Assembly: GCA_963787915.1 (NCBI GenBank) | Contig: CAWBEP010000017.1 | Span: 34,439 to 98,438, forward strand | Source: an uncultured Acidobacteriaceae bacterium | Lineage (GTDB): Bacteria; Acidobacteriota; Terriglobia; Terriglobales; Acidobacteriaceae | Direction of reading: 5' to 3' | Length of the DNA stretch: 64,000 nucleotides | Shown: one piece after another, positions 29,531 to 39,122 of the stretch | Layout: every line of letters starts with the position of its first letter | How positions within the stretch are numbered: position 1 is the stretch's first letter | Program-made: the position numbers and the translations under genes | The notes under the pieces: generated by a model | The model's database searches: none | What the model was told of the DNA's origin: nothing | The model's input: the letters and a program-made list of their open reading frames with translations, nothing else

Positions 29531-30741
29531 CTCTTCTCGTTGATGCCCGCGGGCGCGGCTTTCCTCATCGGCTCCCTTGATTCGATCCGAATCAGTTTCC
29601 CCTTTTTCAGCAGAAAGCGTTCGTCGCGCCATGCGACGATGTCGGAGGCGTAGCTCCACGCCCAGATTCCGAGCGCCACCGCGTCACGCGGAATCAGAAG
29701 CCAGAGGTCGCGCAAAACCTGGCGATCCTCGAGTATGCCGACACCCACTCCCAGGGCCAGAGAAACGCGAAACAGGAGCGCAAGGCTGAAGAGAGCAAAG
29801 GCGGGCAAGCTCAATCCAGAAGCGATCAGGTTCAGCAGCGCCCAGGTAAGCCCAAACGAAAACAGCAACCCTGCGTAACCGCCACGGCGCGATTCGCGCA
29901 TGGCGCGCGACCAGCGCAGTTGATGGTGGAAATAGCCGGAAAGGCTCCAGGGTGCGACCGAGGTCTCAACCACTTCCTCGCTTAGCTCAACGCGGAAGCC
30001 GGCAGCGCTGATCCGGGCTCCTAACTCGTAGTCATCTGCGAGATATTCAACGAGGGAGGTCAGGCCCCCGATTGCGTCGAGGGCAGGACGAGAGACCGCG
30101 AGGGTCGAGCCGAGTCCGAAATGCAGTCCGCCCTCCAGGAAGCGCGCCGTCAGCACGGCCGGCGCAAAGTCGGTTGCGATGCCCAGGGCTTCCATCTTCG
30201 AGCCCAGCGTTTTATGGGTCAGCCCCCGATACAGCGCCGTGACCAAACCGACGGGCGCCTGATTCGGCTGGGGCGCGAAGGGCGCCAGGATGCGCGTGAG
30301 GTAGTGCGGTCCGATATGAATGTCACTGTCGCTGATGAGAATGTAGTCATACCGCGCATGCGGCAGAAGCTGTGCGAGATTGCTGACCTTGCCATTGGGG
30401 CCGAGGTTTTCGGGGCAGTGGATCAGCCGGATCGACTGCTGCGGAAATTCAGCCTGAAACTGGTGGACCACTGAAACCGCCGGGTCGTCGAGGCTCGATA
30501 CGGAGAACAGAATCTCGTACACGCCCGGATAGTTCTGACGCCCGTGACTGGCGAAAGCTTCGGCCATCCCGGCATCGAGGCCCCGCAGCGGTTTAAGAAT
30601 ACTGACCGGGGGCGCGAATCCTGCGGCAGGGAAGCGCCGCCGCCGCAGGTAAGCGCGGGCACTCCAAAGAGCCAGCAGATAGAAGCCTAGCCCCGCGAAG
30701 GTGAGGACCGTCGTGATTGCCGCGATGATGGTAGCGAACAC
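29527..30741 (-). CDS. family-2 (GT21-like) glycosyltransferase, ceramide-glucosyltransferase / HpnI-like
   Basis: N-terminal TM, then PVSILKPLRGLD, a DxD-like SDSD and QLRWSRAMR (Q/RxxRW), plus C-terminal TM segments. Confidence 0.7.
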   Translation of the reverse strand: MFATIIAAITTVLTFAGLGFYLLALWSARAYLRRRRFPAAGFAPPVSILKPLRGLDAGMAEAFASHGRQNYPGVYEILFSVSSLDDPAVSVVHQFQAEFPQQSIRLIHCPENLGPNGKVSNLAQLLPHARYDYILISDSDIHIGPHYLTRILAPFAPQPNQAPVGLVTALYRGLTHKTLGSKMEALGIATDFAPAVLTARFLEGGLHFGLGSTLAVSRPALDAIGGLTSLVEYLADDYELGARISAAGFRVELSEEVVETSVAPWSLSGYFHHQLRWSRAMRESRRGGYAGLLFSFGLTWALLNLIASGLSLPAFALFSLALLFRVSLALGVGVGILEDRQVLRDLWLLIPRDAVALGIWAWSYASDIVAWRDERFLLKKGKLIRIESREPMRKAAPAGINEKS

Positions 30742-30745
30742 GCCG

Positions 30746-31978
30746 CTATTCTCCCAGCATCGGCATATCGAGCGGCGGTTGCGCGAGCCAGGCGGCGTGG
30801 GCGATGCGGTCCATGGCGCGCCGCAGGGAAGAGGCGGCGCACGGCTCGACGGTGACCACGAACGGCAAGCTGCCTTTTTCGTAGCCTGGACGCTGGAAGA
30901 GCGCGTCGATATTGATTTTCTCCGCAGAAAGCGCGCCGGCTATCTCCGCAACGATACCAGGGCAGTCCTTCACAACGAATCGAATGTAGTGCCGCAGCTC
31001 GAATTCTCCGCTGACCGCGGCGGCGCGGCTCGGCAACTCCGGGGCCTTCGAACCATGTGCGAGGGAAATGAGATCGGAGACAACAGCAACCGCCGTGGGA
31101 TTTCCACCGGCGCCATGACCCGAGAAAACGACGTCACCACCGTACTGGCCGCTAACCAGCACCATGTTCTCCGTTCCGCGCGACCAGGCAAACGGAGAAC
31201 GAAGAGGAACGAGCATCGGCCCGACGGTTGCGGAGACTCCATCCGCGCGTACTTCGGCTTTGGCGATCTGGCGGATCGTGCAATGCAGGTCGCGAGCGTA
31301 GACCAGGTCGACGGCATCCACGTCGGTGATCGAGCGGCAGGCGACGGCTTCGACATCGACGGCGGCGCGCAGCGCGATCCGCGCGAGGATAACCAACTTA
31401 GCGCGGGCGTCGTAGCCATCTACATCTTCGCTGGGATTGGCTTCGGCATAGCCGAGCCGCTGCGCGTCCTTCAGCACATCGGCGAAGGCGTCGCCCGCCT
31501 CCATGCGGCTGAGGATGTAGTTGCAGGTTCCGTTGAGAATACCCTCGATGCGCGTGATCCGATCGCCGGCCAGTCCCTGTTGCAGACCGGGAATGACGGG
31601 GATGCCTCCAGCAACGGCTGCGCCATAGAGCAGGTGCGCGCCTTTGGAGCGGGCGAGCCGGTCGAGCTCGATGCCATGCCTGGCGATGAGCTTCTTGTTG
31701 CCGGTGACCACCGACTTGCCGGCTTCGAGGGCGCTCTTGACCCAGAAGCCAGCGGGCTCAAGACCGCCGACCAGTTCCACGATCACATCGGCATTGGACT
31801 GGAGGACTTCTTCAAAGTCCTCGGTCCACACCACAGAGGGCGGCACCCAATCTGTCTTTTTTCGACGTACCTCTCGATTGAAGACGTGGGAGAGTTCGAT
31901 ACCTTCCGGCTTCAGATCGCAGAGGATGCGGGCGACCGAACTGCCCACGGTGCCGAATCCCAGGAGGGCGACTTTCAT
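30746..31978 (-). CDS. hom: homoserine dehydrogenase
   Basis: MKVALLGFGTVGSSV NAD-binding fold, a catalytic domain and a C-terminal ACT domain. Confidence 0.9.
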   Translation of the reverse strand: MKVALLGFGTVGSSVARILCDLKPEGIELSHVFNREVRRKKTDWVPPSVVWTEDFEEVLQSNADVIVELVGGLEPAGFWVKSALEAGKSVVTGNKKLIARHGIELDRLARSKGAHLLYGAAVAGGIPVIPGLQQGLAGDRITRIEGILNGTCNYILSRMEAGDAFADVLKDAQRLGYAEANPSEDVDGYDARAKLVILARIALRAAVDVEAVACRSITDVDAVDLVYARDLHCTIRQIAKAEVRADGVSATVGPMLVPLRSPFAWSRGTENMVLVSGQYGGDVVFSGHGAGGNPTAVAVVSDLISLAHGSKAPELPSRAAAVSGEFELRHYIRFVVKDCPGIVAEIAGALSAEKINIDALFQRPGYEKGSLPFVVTVEPCAASSLRRAMDRIAHAAWLAQPPLDMPMLGE

Positions 31979-32048
31979 GGCTATAGGTTACAGGGGACAG
32001 CGCTCAGCGGCTCGTTTGTCCACTGAGAACTCGATTACTTTGCTGAGT

Positions 32049-32579
32049 TCACCTGGGTTCGCGTATTGCATACTCCGATTGCACGAGGCCTCCACTATAG
32101 GTGCGCGTGGCAATGTGCTGGAGGAGGATGTCTCGTGGCAGAGCGCCAAAAAGCGGGATGCCTTGCCCGATGAGGACCGGAACGCGAGTGACGATGAGCC
32201 GGTCGATAAGGCCGGCACGCAGGAAGCGCTGGACGGTGACGCCGCCGTCGATGTAGAGATGATGCGAGCCGCTGGCGGCCAGCTGTTTCACGATCTCGGC
32301 CGGATCCCCGGACATCTGCTGGATATTGGCTTCCGGTATTGAGCTGAAATCGAGAGGCTCGCTGCTGAGTGCGATGACCCGCTTCTTGCCATAGAGCCAG
32401 CCACCGTACGCGAGCACCCATTCGAACGTCTTCCGCCCGATAACAAGGGCATCAACGGTTGCGTAAAACTCTTCGAAGCCGTGCGGAGCATCTCCGCCAG
32501 CGTCGAGGAAGTCGACGGAACCGTTGGGACGGGCCATGAAGCCGTCTACGCTGATTCCGACAAAGACCGAGCAGGTCAT
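32049..32579 (-). CDS. dihydrofolate-reductase-family protein (RibD C-terminal domain)
   Basis: The VFVGISVDGFMARPNGS... pattern is typical of RibD_C proteins. Confidence 0.75.
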   Translation of the reverse strand: MTCSVFVGISVDGFMARPNGSVDFLDAGGDAPHGFEEFYATVDALVIGRKTFEWVLAYGGWLYGKKRVIALSSEPLDFSSIPEANIQQMSGDPAEIVKQLAASGSHHLYIDGGVTVQRFLRAGLIDRLIVTRVPVLIGQGIPLFGALPRDILLQHIATRTYSGGLVQSEYAIREPR

Positions 32580-32761
32580 GGAAGCTCGTCAGGCATGGGA
32601 TTGCCGAAATTGTACGCCGGGAATCGAAGGATCCTCAGCCCTGGGGTGTCCGGGTGCAGGCGCTCCGGTCTCGAGGCGAAGATACAGGCGCAGCGGGAGG
32701 GTTGTTCGATGGTGGCAGGGATGCTGGGGTGCGGAAGCGCACCCCAGGCCCTCAGTTCTGT

Positions 32762-33886
32762 TTAGACGTGCGTCTGCGTTCTGGGGCGGACGCGGAACTT
32801 CTTCGTCGTGATAGAGAGCGTGCGCTCCATCCTGCGCAGCGCACGCGTTTCATCGGGAGCGGCGAAGGTCGACGCGATGCCGAGACTGGAGGCCCGGCCG
32901 GTACGTCCCACGCGATGCACGAAGTCCTCCGCTTCCTTGGGCATGTCGAAGTTAACGACATGCGCCACATCGGCGACATCGATGCCGCGGGCGGCGACGT
33001 CGGTGGCGACCAGGACGCGATGGTGTCCCTGAGCGAAGCTGCGCAGCGCGGCGTTCCGCTGCGATTGCGAGCGATCGCCATGAATCTGCGTCGCCGAGTG
33101 ACCGGAGCGAGCCAGACGGCGCGCAACGCGATCGGCGCCATGCTTGGTGCGCACGAAGACCAGGAAACTGCCATCCTGTGAACCGAGCAGATGTTCGAGG
33201 AGCTCCTGCTTCTTGTCGGTGGGGACCTCGAAGGAACGGAGCTCGACATTGGGTGAGGGCTTCAGGACCGATCCGATCTCGACGCGGACAGGATCCTTGA
33301 GGTAATCCCGAGCCACATCGCGAATCTCCGCACTCAACGTCGCCGAGTAGCAGAGCGTCTGGCGATCCGCGGGGAGCGCTGCGGCGATGCGCTTGATGGA
33401 GGGCTTAAAGCCCATATCGAGCATGCGGTCCACTTCGTCGAGGACGAGGATCTTGATACCGCTAAGGTTGATCAGCTTGCGCTGGAGATAATCTTCCAGG
33501 CGCCCGGGAGTTGCGACGATCAGGCGCGCGCCGCGGCGGATCGCATCGAGTTGCGGGCCTTCAGCAAGCCCTCCGCAGACCAGCGCCGAGGTGCCCTTAT
33601 TTTGCGTGAGATGGCGGTAGTGATCGAGAACCTGCATCGCGAGTTCGCGCGTGGGCAGCAGGACGAGGGCGGTAGCGCCTTTGGTCGCTTTCGGCATGCG
33701 CTCGATGAGCGGGATGAGGAAGCTGAGCGTCTTGCCGGTGCCGGTTTGCGCGGTGGCAATCACGTCGCGGCCTTCCAGCGCGGGCGGAATTGCTCCTGCC
33801 TGGACCGGGGTGGGGGTGACAAAGTTGGCGGCGGCAATCTGCTGTTGCAGAGCCGGCGAAAGGGGGAGTTCAGAAAATAGTTTCAA
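32762..33886 (-). CDS. DEAD-box ATP-dependent RNA helicase
   Basis: Q-motif, AQTGTGKT, DEVD (a DEAD variant), SAT and HRVGRTGR. Confidence 0.9.
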   Translation of the reverse strand: MKLFSELPLSPALQQQIAAANFVTPTPVQAGAIPPALEGRDVIATAQTGTGKTLSFLIPLIERMPKATKGATALVLLPTRELAMQVLDHYRHLTQNKGTSALVCGGLAEGPQLDAIRRGARLIVATPGRLEDYLQRKLINLSGIKILVLDEVDRMLDMGFKPSIKRIAAALPADRQTLCYSATLSAEIRDVARDYLKDPVRVEIGSVLKPSPNVELRSFEVPTDKKQELLEHLLGSQDGSFLVFVRTKHGADRVARRLARSGHSATQIHGDRSQSQRNAALRSFAQGHHRVLVATDVAARGIDVADVAHVVNFDMPKEAEDFVHRVGRTGRASSLGIASTFAAPDETRALRRMERTLSITTKKFRVRPRTQTHV

Positions 33887-34390
33887 TCTGTTCCTTGCTC
33901 GGGCGCGTTCAGGAATCCCTCTGCGGTCGCAATCGACCTTCGTTCATCCAGGATCCAGCGAACGGCCGGAGTAGCTGTGGCTCCAGTCAGCGGCTCGGCT
34001 TGAGGCAGAGCTGCGCCGGAGGTCTCTATCTATGCAGGGAAAACCAGGGAAGCGCAGATAACGCGCCAGTTCGATTCGACCCACACACTCACGTCTTCGG
34101 CTGCGCAGAGCATCGCGATCAGCCAGGCCCGGTACGCAACATTGCGCACACACCATGACAAAAGGGGCCATCACGCTGAGAGGGCTGGGATGATTACGGG
34201 AGGACGGTCTTGCGGATGAAGGCGAGAACGGCTCACAACCAAACAACTGAGCGTGCTGTGATTATAGCAAACCCTGAGGTGCCGGGGCTCCTTTGTGTTG
34301 GATTCTGCCGGGATTCACAGCGGGCCCGGTCTCGCCTGTCCTGATATGTCATAGACTTGCTCTGCCAGGAATTTGGAAAGGGGAACATCC

Positions 34391-36010
34391 ATGGGACGTT
34401 GGATCAAGATTGGAATCACGGTGCTGGTCGTGTTGATCGTTCTGGTGCTTGCGGTGCCGTTGTTCGTCAACGCCGACTCTTTCCGTCCGACGCTGGAGAA
34501 CCAGTTGTCGAGCGCTCTGGGACGCAAGGTGACCCTGGGGCGGCTAAGTCTGTCGCTGTGGTCGGGGAGTGTTGACGCCGACACGCTGTCGGTCGCGGAT
34601 GATCCGGCGTTCAGCGCGACGCCGTTCCTGCAGGCGCAATCGCTGAAAATCGGTGTGGACGTTGGAGCGCTCCTGTTTCATCACGAGGTGAACGTCAGGA
34701 AGTTGGTTGTGGAGTCGCCGGAAATCCATCTGATCTCGAACCAGAAAGGCCTATGGAACTACTCGACCCTCGGGCATGGCGCAGCGACCGCCAGCCAGCA
34801 ACAGCCGGCGGGTCCTGCCCCCAATTTGACGGTGGGGGTGATGGAAGTCGACAGCGGAAAGCTTGTGGTGTCGTCGATACCCGCGACCGCCCAGCCGTTC
34901 GTCTATGACGCCGTCAACATTAAGGTGCAAAACGTATCGTTCAACCAGGCAATGCCGTTCACGATGACCGCAAATTTGCCCGCTGGAGGCTCGATGGCCC
35001 TGAACGGCACAGCGGGCCCGCTGAACCAGCAGGACGCGGAGGCGACGCCGCTGAACGCAAACCTGTCGGTGAAGGGGTTTGATCCGGTGAAGGCCGGCGT
35101 GGTACCCGCCAGCGCGGGCATTGGGATGGAGGCCGACATCGAAGCGCAGGTGACGTCCGATGGGAAGACGGCGACGAGCACAGGGAAGGTTGTAGCTCGC
35201 CATCTCGTGATGGCAAGAGGCGGGACGCCGACGCCCAACCCGGTGAACCTGACCTATACGGTGGCCGACGCGTTACAAACGCAGACCGGCGAAGTGAAGG
35301 ATCTGGCGCTCGTGACAGGCGCGGTCGCGGTGCATGCAACCGGGACGTTTGCGATGACCGGACCGACGGTGAAGCTGGACCTGCATGTGAATGCGCACCA
35401 GTTACCAATCGATGCAGTCGAGGAGTTGCTGCCCGCGGCAGGAGTGCGGCTGCCGACCGGATCGCAGCTGAAGGGCGGGACGCTGACAGCGCAGATGGCA
35501 ATTACCGGGACCCCGGCCGACCTGGTCATAGCGGGGCCGGTCGACGTCGACAACACGCAGCTGGCGGGGTTCGATCTGGCGTCGAAGATTCAGGGGCTGA
35601 AGGCATTAACGGGGACTGGCGGAGGGACCGGGATCCAGAAGGTGCATGCCGACGTGCGCCAGACGTCAGCAGGAACCCAACTGACGGACATCGAGGCCGT
35701 GGTGCCGGCCATCGGGAGTGCGACGGGACAGGGAACGGTGAGCTCGGATGGCGCGCTGAACTTCCAATTGTCGGCGAAGCTGAGCGGATCGGGGGCGTCG
35801 GGGGCGTCGACGAACGCCGCCACAGCGGCGCTGAGCGGGATTGCCGGCGGGGCATTGCATACTGTGGGCAACGTCGCCGTCCCTGTCACGATTACCGGAA
35901 CGACGGCAAACCCGGTGATTCGGGCGGATGTGGGGGCGATGGTGAAAAATACCGCAGGCGGAGCCAAAAAGGCCGCCACCGGGGTTTTCAAGGGGCTGTT
36001 CAAGCACTGA
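34391..36010 (+). CDS. AsmA-family outer-membrane biogenesis protein
   Basis: MGRWIKIGITVLVVLIVLVLAVPLFVN anchor followed by an AsmA-like repetitive beta-rich region. Confidence 0.75.
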   Translation: MGRWIKIGITVLVVLIVLVLAVPLFVNADSFRPTLENQLSSALGRKVTLGRLSLSLWSGSVDADTLSVADDPAFSATPFLQAQSLKIGVDVGALLFHHEVNVRKLVVESPEIHLISNQKGLWNYSTLGHGAATASQQQPAGPAPNLTVGVMEVDSGKLVVSSIPATAQPFVYDAVNIKVQNVSFNQAMPFTMTANLPAGGSMALNGTAGPLNQQDAEATPLNANLSVKGFDPVKAGVVPASAGIGMEADIEAQVTSDGKTATSTGKVVARHLVMARGGTPTPNPVNLTYTVADALQTQTGEVKDLALVTGAVAVHATGTFAMTGPTVKLDLHVNAHQLPIDAVEELLPAAGVRLPTGSQLKGGTLTAQMAITGTPADLVIAGPVDVDNTQLAGFDLASKIQGLKALTGTGGGTGIQKVHADVRQTSAGTQLTDIEAVVPAIGSATGQGTVSSDGALNFQLSAKLSGSGASGASTNAATAALSGIAGGALHTVGNVAVPVTITGTTANPVIRADVGAMVKNTAGGAKKAATGVFKGLFKH

Positions 36011-36144
36011 GGGATATCTTCCTGTGAGCCGAGCGTTGCTCCTGCCGTCCAGAGCAGGAGGTGGTTCTGGTTCCTGCGATGGCGATGCCATACTAGTCGT
36101 GTCCGGAGTTCTTTCCGCTTCGCGAGCATCCGCGTTGCGATGTG

Positions 36145-37626
36145 TCAGGTTCTGCTGGGCTCCGCAATGGGAATTCTGACTTCGGCGATGCAGCCCCTGT
36201 GATCGGGCTTGTTGCGCAGCTCAATCGCGCCGCCGTGGGCTTCGACGATCTGCCGGGCAAGGGCCAGGCCTACTCCAGATCCGGCTTTCTTGGTTGTGTA
36301 GAGCGGAACAAAGAGGTTCTCTGGGTTGGCCAGCCCTGGGCCGTTGTCTTCGATCAGAATCGAGACCAATTCCCCATCTTCGGCTGCGTGAATCGTGACC
36401 TCGGGAGTACCGCGATCTCTGGATGAGTCGTGACCCCCTTCCTCATCGGCGCAGGCGCTTGCCGATTCCACCGCATTGCGTATGAGGTTGATCAGCAGCT
36501 GCTCGATCTGGTCCTGGTCCGCGAGCAGTTCGACCTCGGGGGCGGCGAGGATGCGGACGTCAAGGCGAATCTCCAGCGAGACAACACGCTCCAGCAAAGG
36601 CAGAAGAGGCACGCGCTTGAGGACAGGGGCAGGGAGTTGCGCCAGTTCGCGATACGCCTGGACGAATCTGTTGAGCGATTCGGCCCGGTTTTCAATGACG
36701 CTGAGCCCGCGCTGAAGGTCGCGATTGAGCACGCCGTTCGAAGGTGCCTGCGTGGCTGCCTCGAGCGCTGGAATCGGGGATCGGGAGAGCACCGGGGCGA
36801 TCCGCGAGCGCAGGCTGCCGGCGATGGATTTGATGGGAGTCAGGGAGTTCGAGATTTCGTGCCCGATGACGCGAATGAGACGACGCCAGGCGAGACGTTC
36901 CTCTTCGCGCAGGGCCGCACTGACATCGGAGAGCACGACCAGGATATGCGGTACACCTCGCTGTCGGAATGTGGAACGGCGAATCATCCAGCGCTGCGGC
37001 TGGCTGGGCTCGGACCGACGCGTTCCGGGCCCGCGCGGCAGTTCCAGCTGGACGGCAGCTTCGCTGGGCTCATCAAAAAGTACGGTGAGATCGAGGTCCG
37101 CGACGGATTTACCGAGGTCGCGAGCAGGTAAGAGAGAGAAGACACGCTCGGCGGCCGGGTTCAGCAGACGCAGCCGGTTCTCCTGATCGAAAGCGAGAAC
37201 GGGGGCATCCATTTCGGCAATGACGCGACGGAGAAGAGCGACCGCTTCGAGGGACCCTACGCGCTGGGCCTGCAGAGTGTCGGCGAGGGCGTTGATTTCG
37301 AGGCTTAGCTGACCAACGGAGTCTTCGCGATTCGCGCCACGCGCGCGGAAGGAGTAGTCCTCCTCACGCAAGGCGGCAACGACGTTGGCGAGGGTCTGGA
37401 TTGGACGAACGGCCTCTTCAATGAATGCGGCGAAAACAAGCAGCAGGATGAGAAGGAGCATGCCAAGGGTGGCAAGCATCGGGCCCATCGTCACGTGGAA
37501 GAGCGCGAGAACAGCGGCGCAGAGTCCAAGAACAGTCAGAGCGCCAACGGTGCAAAAGACGCGGAGGCGCGCTTCAAAAGAGATGCTCTGGCGTTTGGGC
37601 TTGCGTCGGTGCGGGTAGTTCGCCAT
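36145..37626 (-). CDS. sensor histidine kinase (TM hairpin-HAMP-PAS-HisKA-HATPase; NtrY/AtoS-like)
   Basis: H-box IGHEISNSLTPIKS, plus N, G1 and G2 boxes. Two TM segments are separated by about 6 residues. Confidence 0.85.
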   Translation of the reverse strand: MANYPHRRKPKRQSISFEARLRVFCTVGALTVLGLCAAVLALFHVTMGPMLATLGMLLLILLLVFAAFIEEAVRPIQTLANVVAALREEDYSFRARGANREDSVGQLSLEINALADTLQAQRVGSLEAVALLRRVIAEMDAPVLAFDQENRLRLLNPAAERVFSLLPARDLGKSVADLDLTVLFDEPSEAAVQLELPRGPGTRRSEPSQPQRWMIRRSTFRQRGVPHILVVLSDVSAALREEERLAWRRLIRVIGHEISNSLTPIKSIAGSLRSRIAPVLSRSPIPALEAATQAPSNGVLNRDLQRGLSVIENRAESLNRFVQAYRELAQLPAPVLKRVPLLPLLERVVSLEIRLDVRILAAPEVELLADQDQIEQLLINLIRNAVESASACADEEGGHDSSRDRGTPEVTIHAAEDGELVSILIEDNGPGLANPENLFVPLYTTKKAGSGVGLALARQIVEAHGGAIELRNKPDHRGCIAEVRIPIAEPSRT

Positions 37627-37679
37627 CGGGTCAGAGCGCCAGGCTCAGAGCTCAGGGTTCAGTGCGCTCAGGATGACAG

Positions 37680-39080
37680 CTAGATGCCATACTTTTCCAT
37701 CCGCCGGTAGAGAGCACCGCGGCTGAGTCCGAGGGCCTCTGCCACCTGGCTCACGTTGCCGTTGCAGCGCGCGAGTGCTTTGCGGATGAGGATACTCTCC
37801 ACCGACTCGAGGGACATCTCTTCGAGGGCCTGGGTAGAGACACGAGCCGGCGAGAGGCCAAGGTCGGGGACTTCGATGACGTCTTCGCGCGCCATCAGGA
37901 CGGCGCGCTCGATGGTGTGGTCGAGCTCACGCACGTTGCCCGGCCACGCATAGTGGAGCATGAGCTCCATCGCAGTGGGGTCGATGCCCTGGACCTGCTT
38001 GCGATAGCGTTGTGCGTAGCGTGAGAGGAAATGAGCGGCAAGGGGCGGGATGTCTTCCCGCCGCTCGCGCAGCGGTGGCAGGTGAATTTCGACGGTGTTG
38101 AGCCGGAAGAGGAGGTCGGCGCGGAAGCGCTGCGATTCAACCTCGGCACGGATGTCGGCATTCGTGGCGGAGATGATGCGGACGTTGACGTGGCGCGTCT
38201 TGGAGGAACCGACGCGTTCCATTTCGCCGGTCTCAAGCACGCGCAGTAACTTGGACTGCTGTCGCATGGGGACGTTGGCGATCTCGTCGAGAAACAGCGT
38301 TCCGCCTTCGGCGAGTTCGAAGCGGCCAATGCGTTCCGTTCGCGCGTCGGTGAATGCGCCCTTGACGTGGCCGAAGAGCTCGCTTTCGAATGTACCCTCG
38401 GGAAGCGCGCCGGTGTTCACGGCAACCATGGAGCGTGAGGCGCGCGATGAGAGGGCGTGCAGCGTCTGCGCCACGACTTCTTTGCCAGTCCCGTGCTCGC
38501 CGGTGATCAGTACGCTGGCGTCGGAGGGGCCGATGCGCGCGATAGTAGCGAGGACCGGCTGCATAGCGGGCGCGGTCGCAATCATCTCGGGAAGATTCGC
38601 GGTGCGGAGGAGGCGATTCTCGGCCTCAAGCCGCTGGGCGCGGCGAACGGCTTTCGAGAGATCGATCTGGGTGCGCAGGATCGTCAGCAGGCGGGCATTG
38701 TCCCATGGCTTCTGGATGAAGTCATTGGCGCCGCGGCGCATGGCTTCGACAGCGAGCTCGACGTTGGCCCACGCGGTCATGATGATGACCGGAAGGTGAG
38801 ATTCGTGGGAGCGAATCTGGGAGAGAAGATCGAGGCCTTCGCGGCCCGAGGTCGTGTCGCGGGTGTAATTCAGGTCGAGGAGCAGGGCGTCAAAGGTGCT
38901 GGATTTGAGCGTGTCGAGGACCATATATGGCGACGTGGCCTTTTCGATGCGGTAGCCCTCAGGCTCAAGGAGAAGTTCGAGGGCGTCGAGGATGTGCGGC
39001 TGATCATCGGCGATCAGGACGCAAGGCGCGAGGCGTTGGCGCGCGGTTTCGGTTTCGGTTTGGGCGATGGTGCTCGACAT
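37680..39080 (-). CDS. sigma54-dependent response regulator (REC-AAA+-Fis HTH, NtrC family)
   Basis: REC domain, Walker A GEHGTGKE, GAFTDA loop, and a C-terminal HTH NVSQVAEALGLSRGALYRRM. Confidence 0.9.
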   Translation of the reverse strand: MSSTIAQTETETARQRLAPCVLIADDQPHILDALELLLEPEGYRIEKATSPYMVLDTLKSSTFDALLLDLNYTRDTTSGREGLDLLSQIRSHESHLPVIIMTAWANVELAVEAMRRGANDFIQKPWDNARLLTILRTQIDLSKAVRRAQRLEAENRLLRTANLPEMIATAPAMQPVLATIARIGPSDASVLITGEHGTGKEVVAQTLHALSSRASRSMVAVNTGALPEGTFESELFGHVKGAFTDARTERIGRFELAEGGTLFLDEIANVPMRQQSKLLRVLETGEMERVGSSKTRHVNVRIISATNADIRAEVESQRFRADLLFRLNTVEIHLPPLRERREDIPPLAAHFLSRYAQRYRKQVQGIDPTAMELMLHYAWPGNVRELDHTIERAVLMAREDVIEVPDLGLSPARVSTQALEEMSLESVESILIRKALARCNGNVSQVAEALGLSRGALYRRMEKYGI

Positions 39081-39122
39081 GGGTCTCAGCTGTCCGCTCG
39101 TTGCTCCTAGCCAGTCCTCCTA

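Noticed and set aside
36039-36060. 7-bp hairpin (CTCCTGC-N8-GCAGGAG) between the convergent asmA and kinase genes.
   Set aside because: It has no flanking U-tract on either strand and the stem is short. It is too weak to call a terminator.
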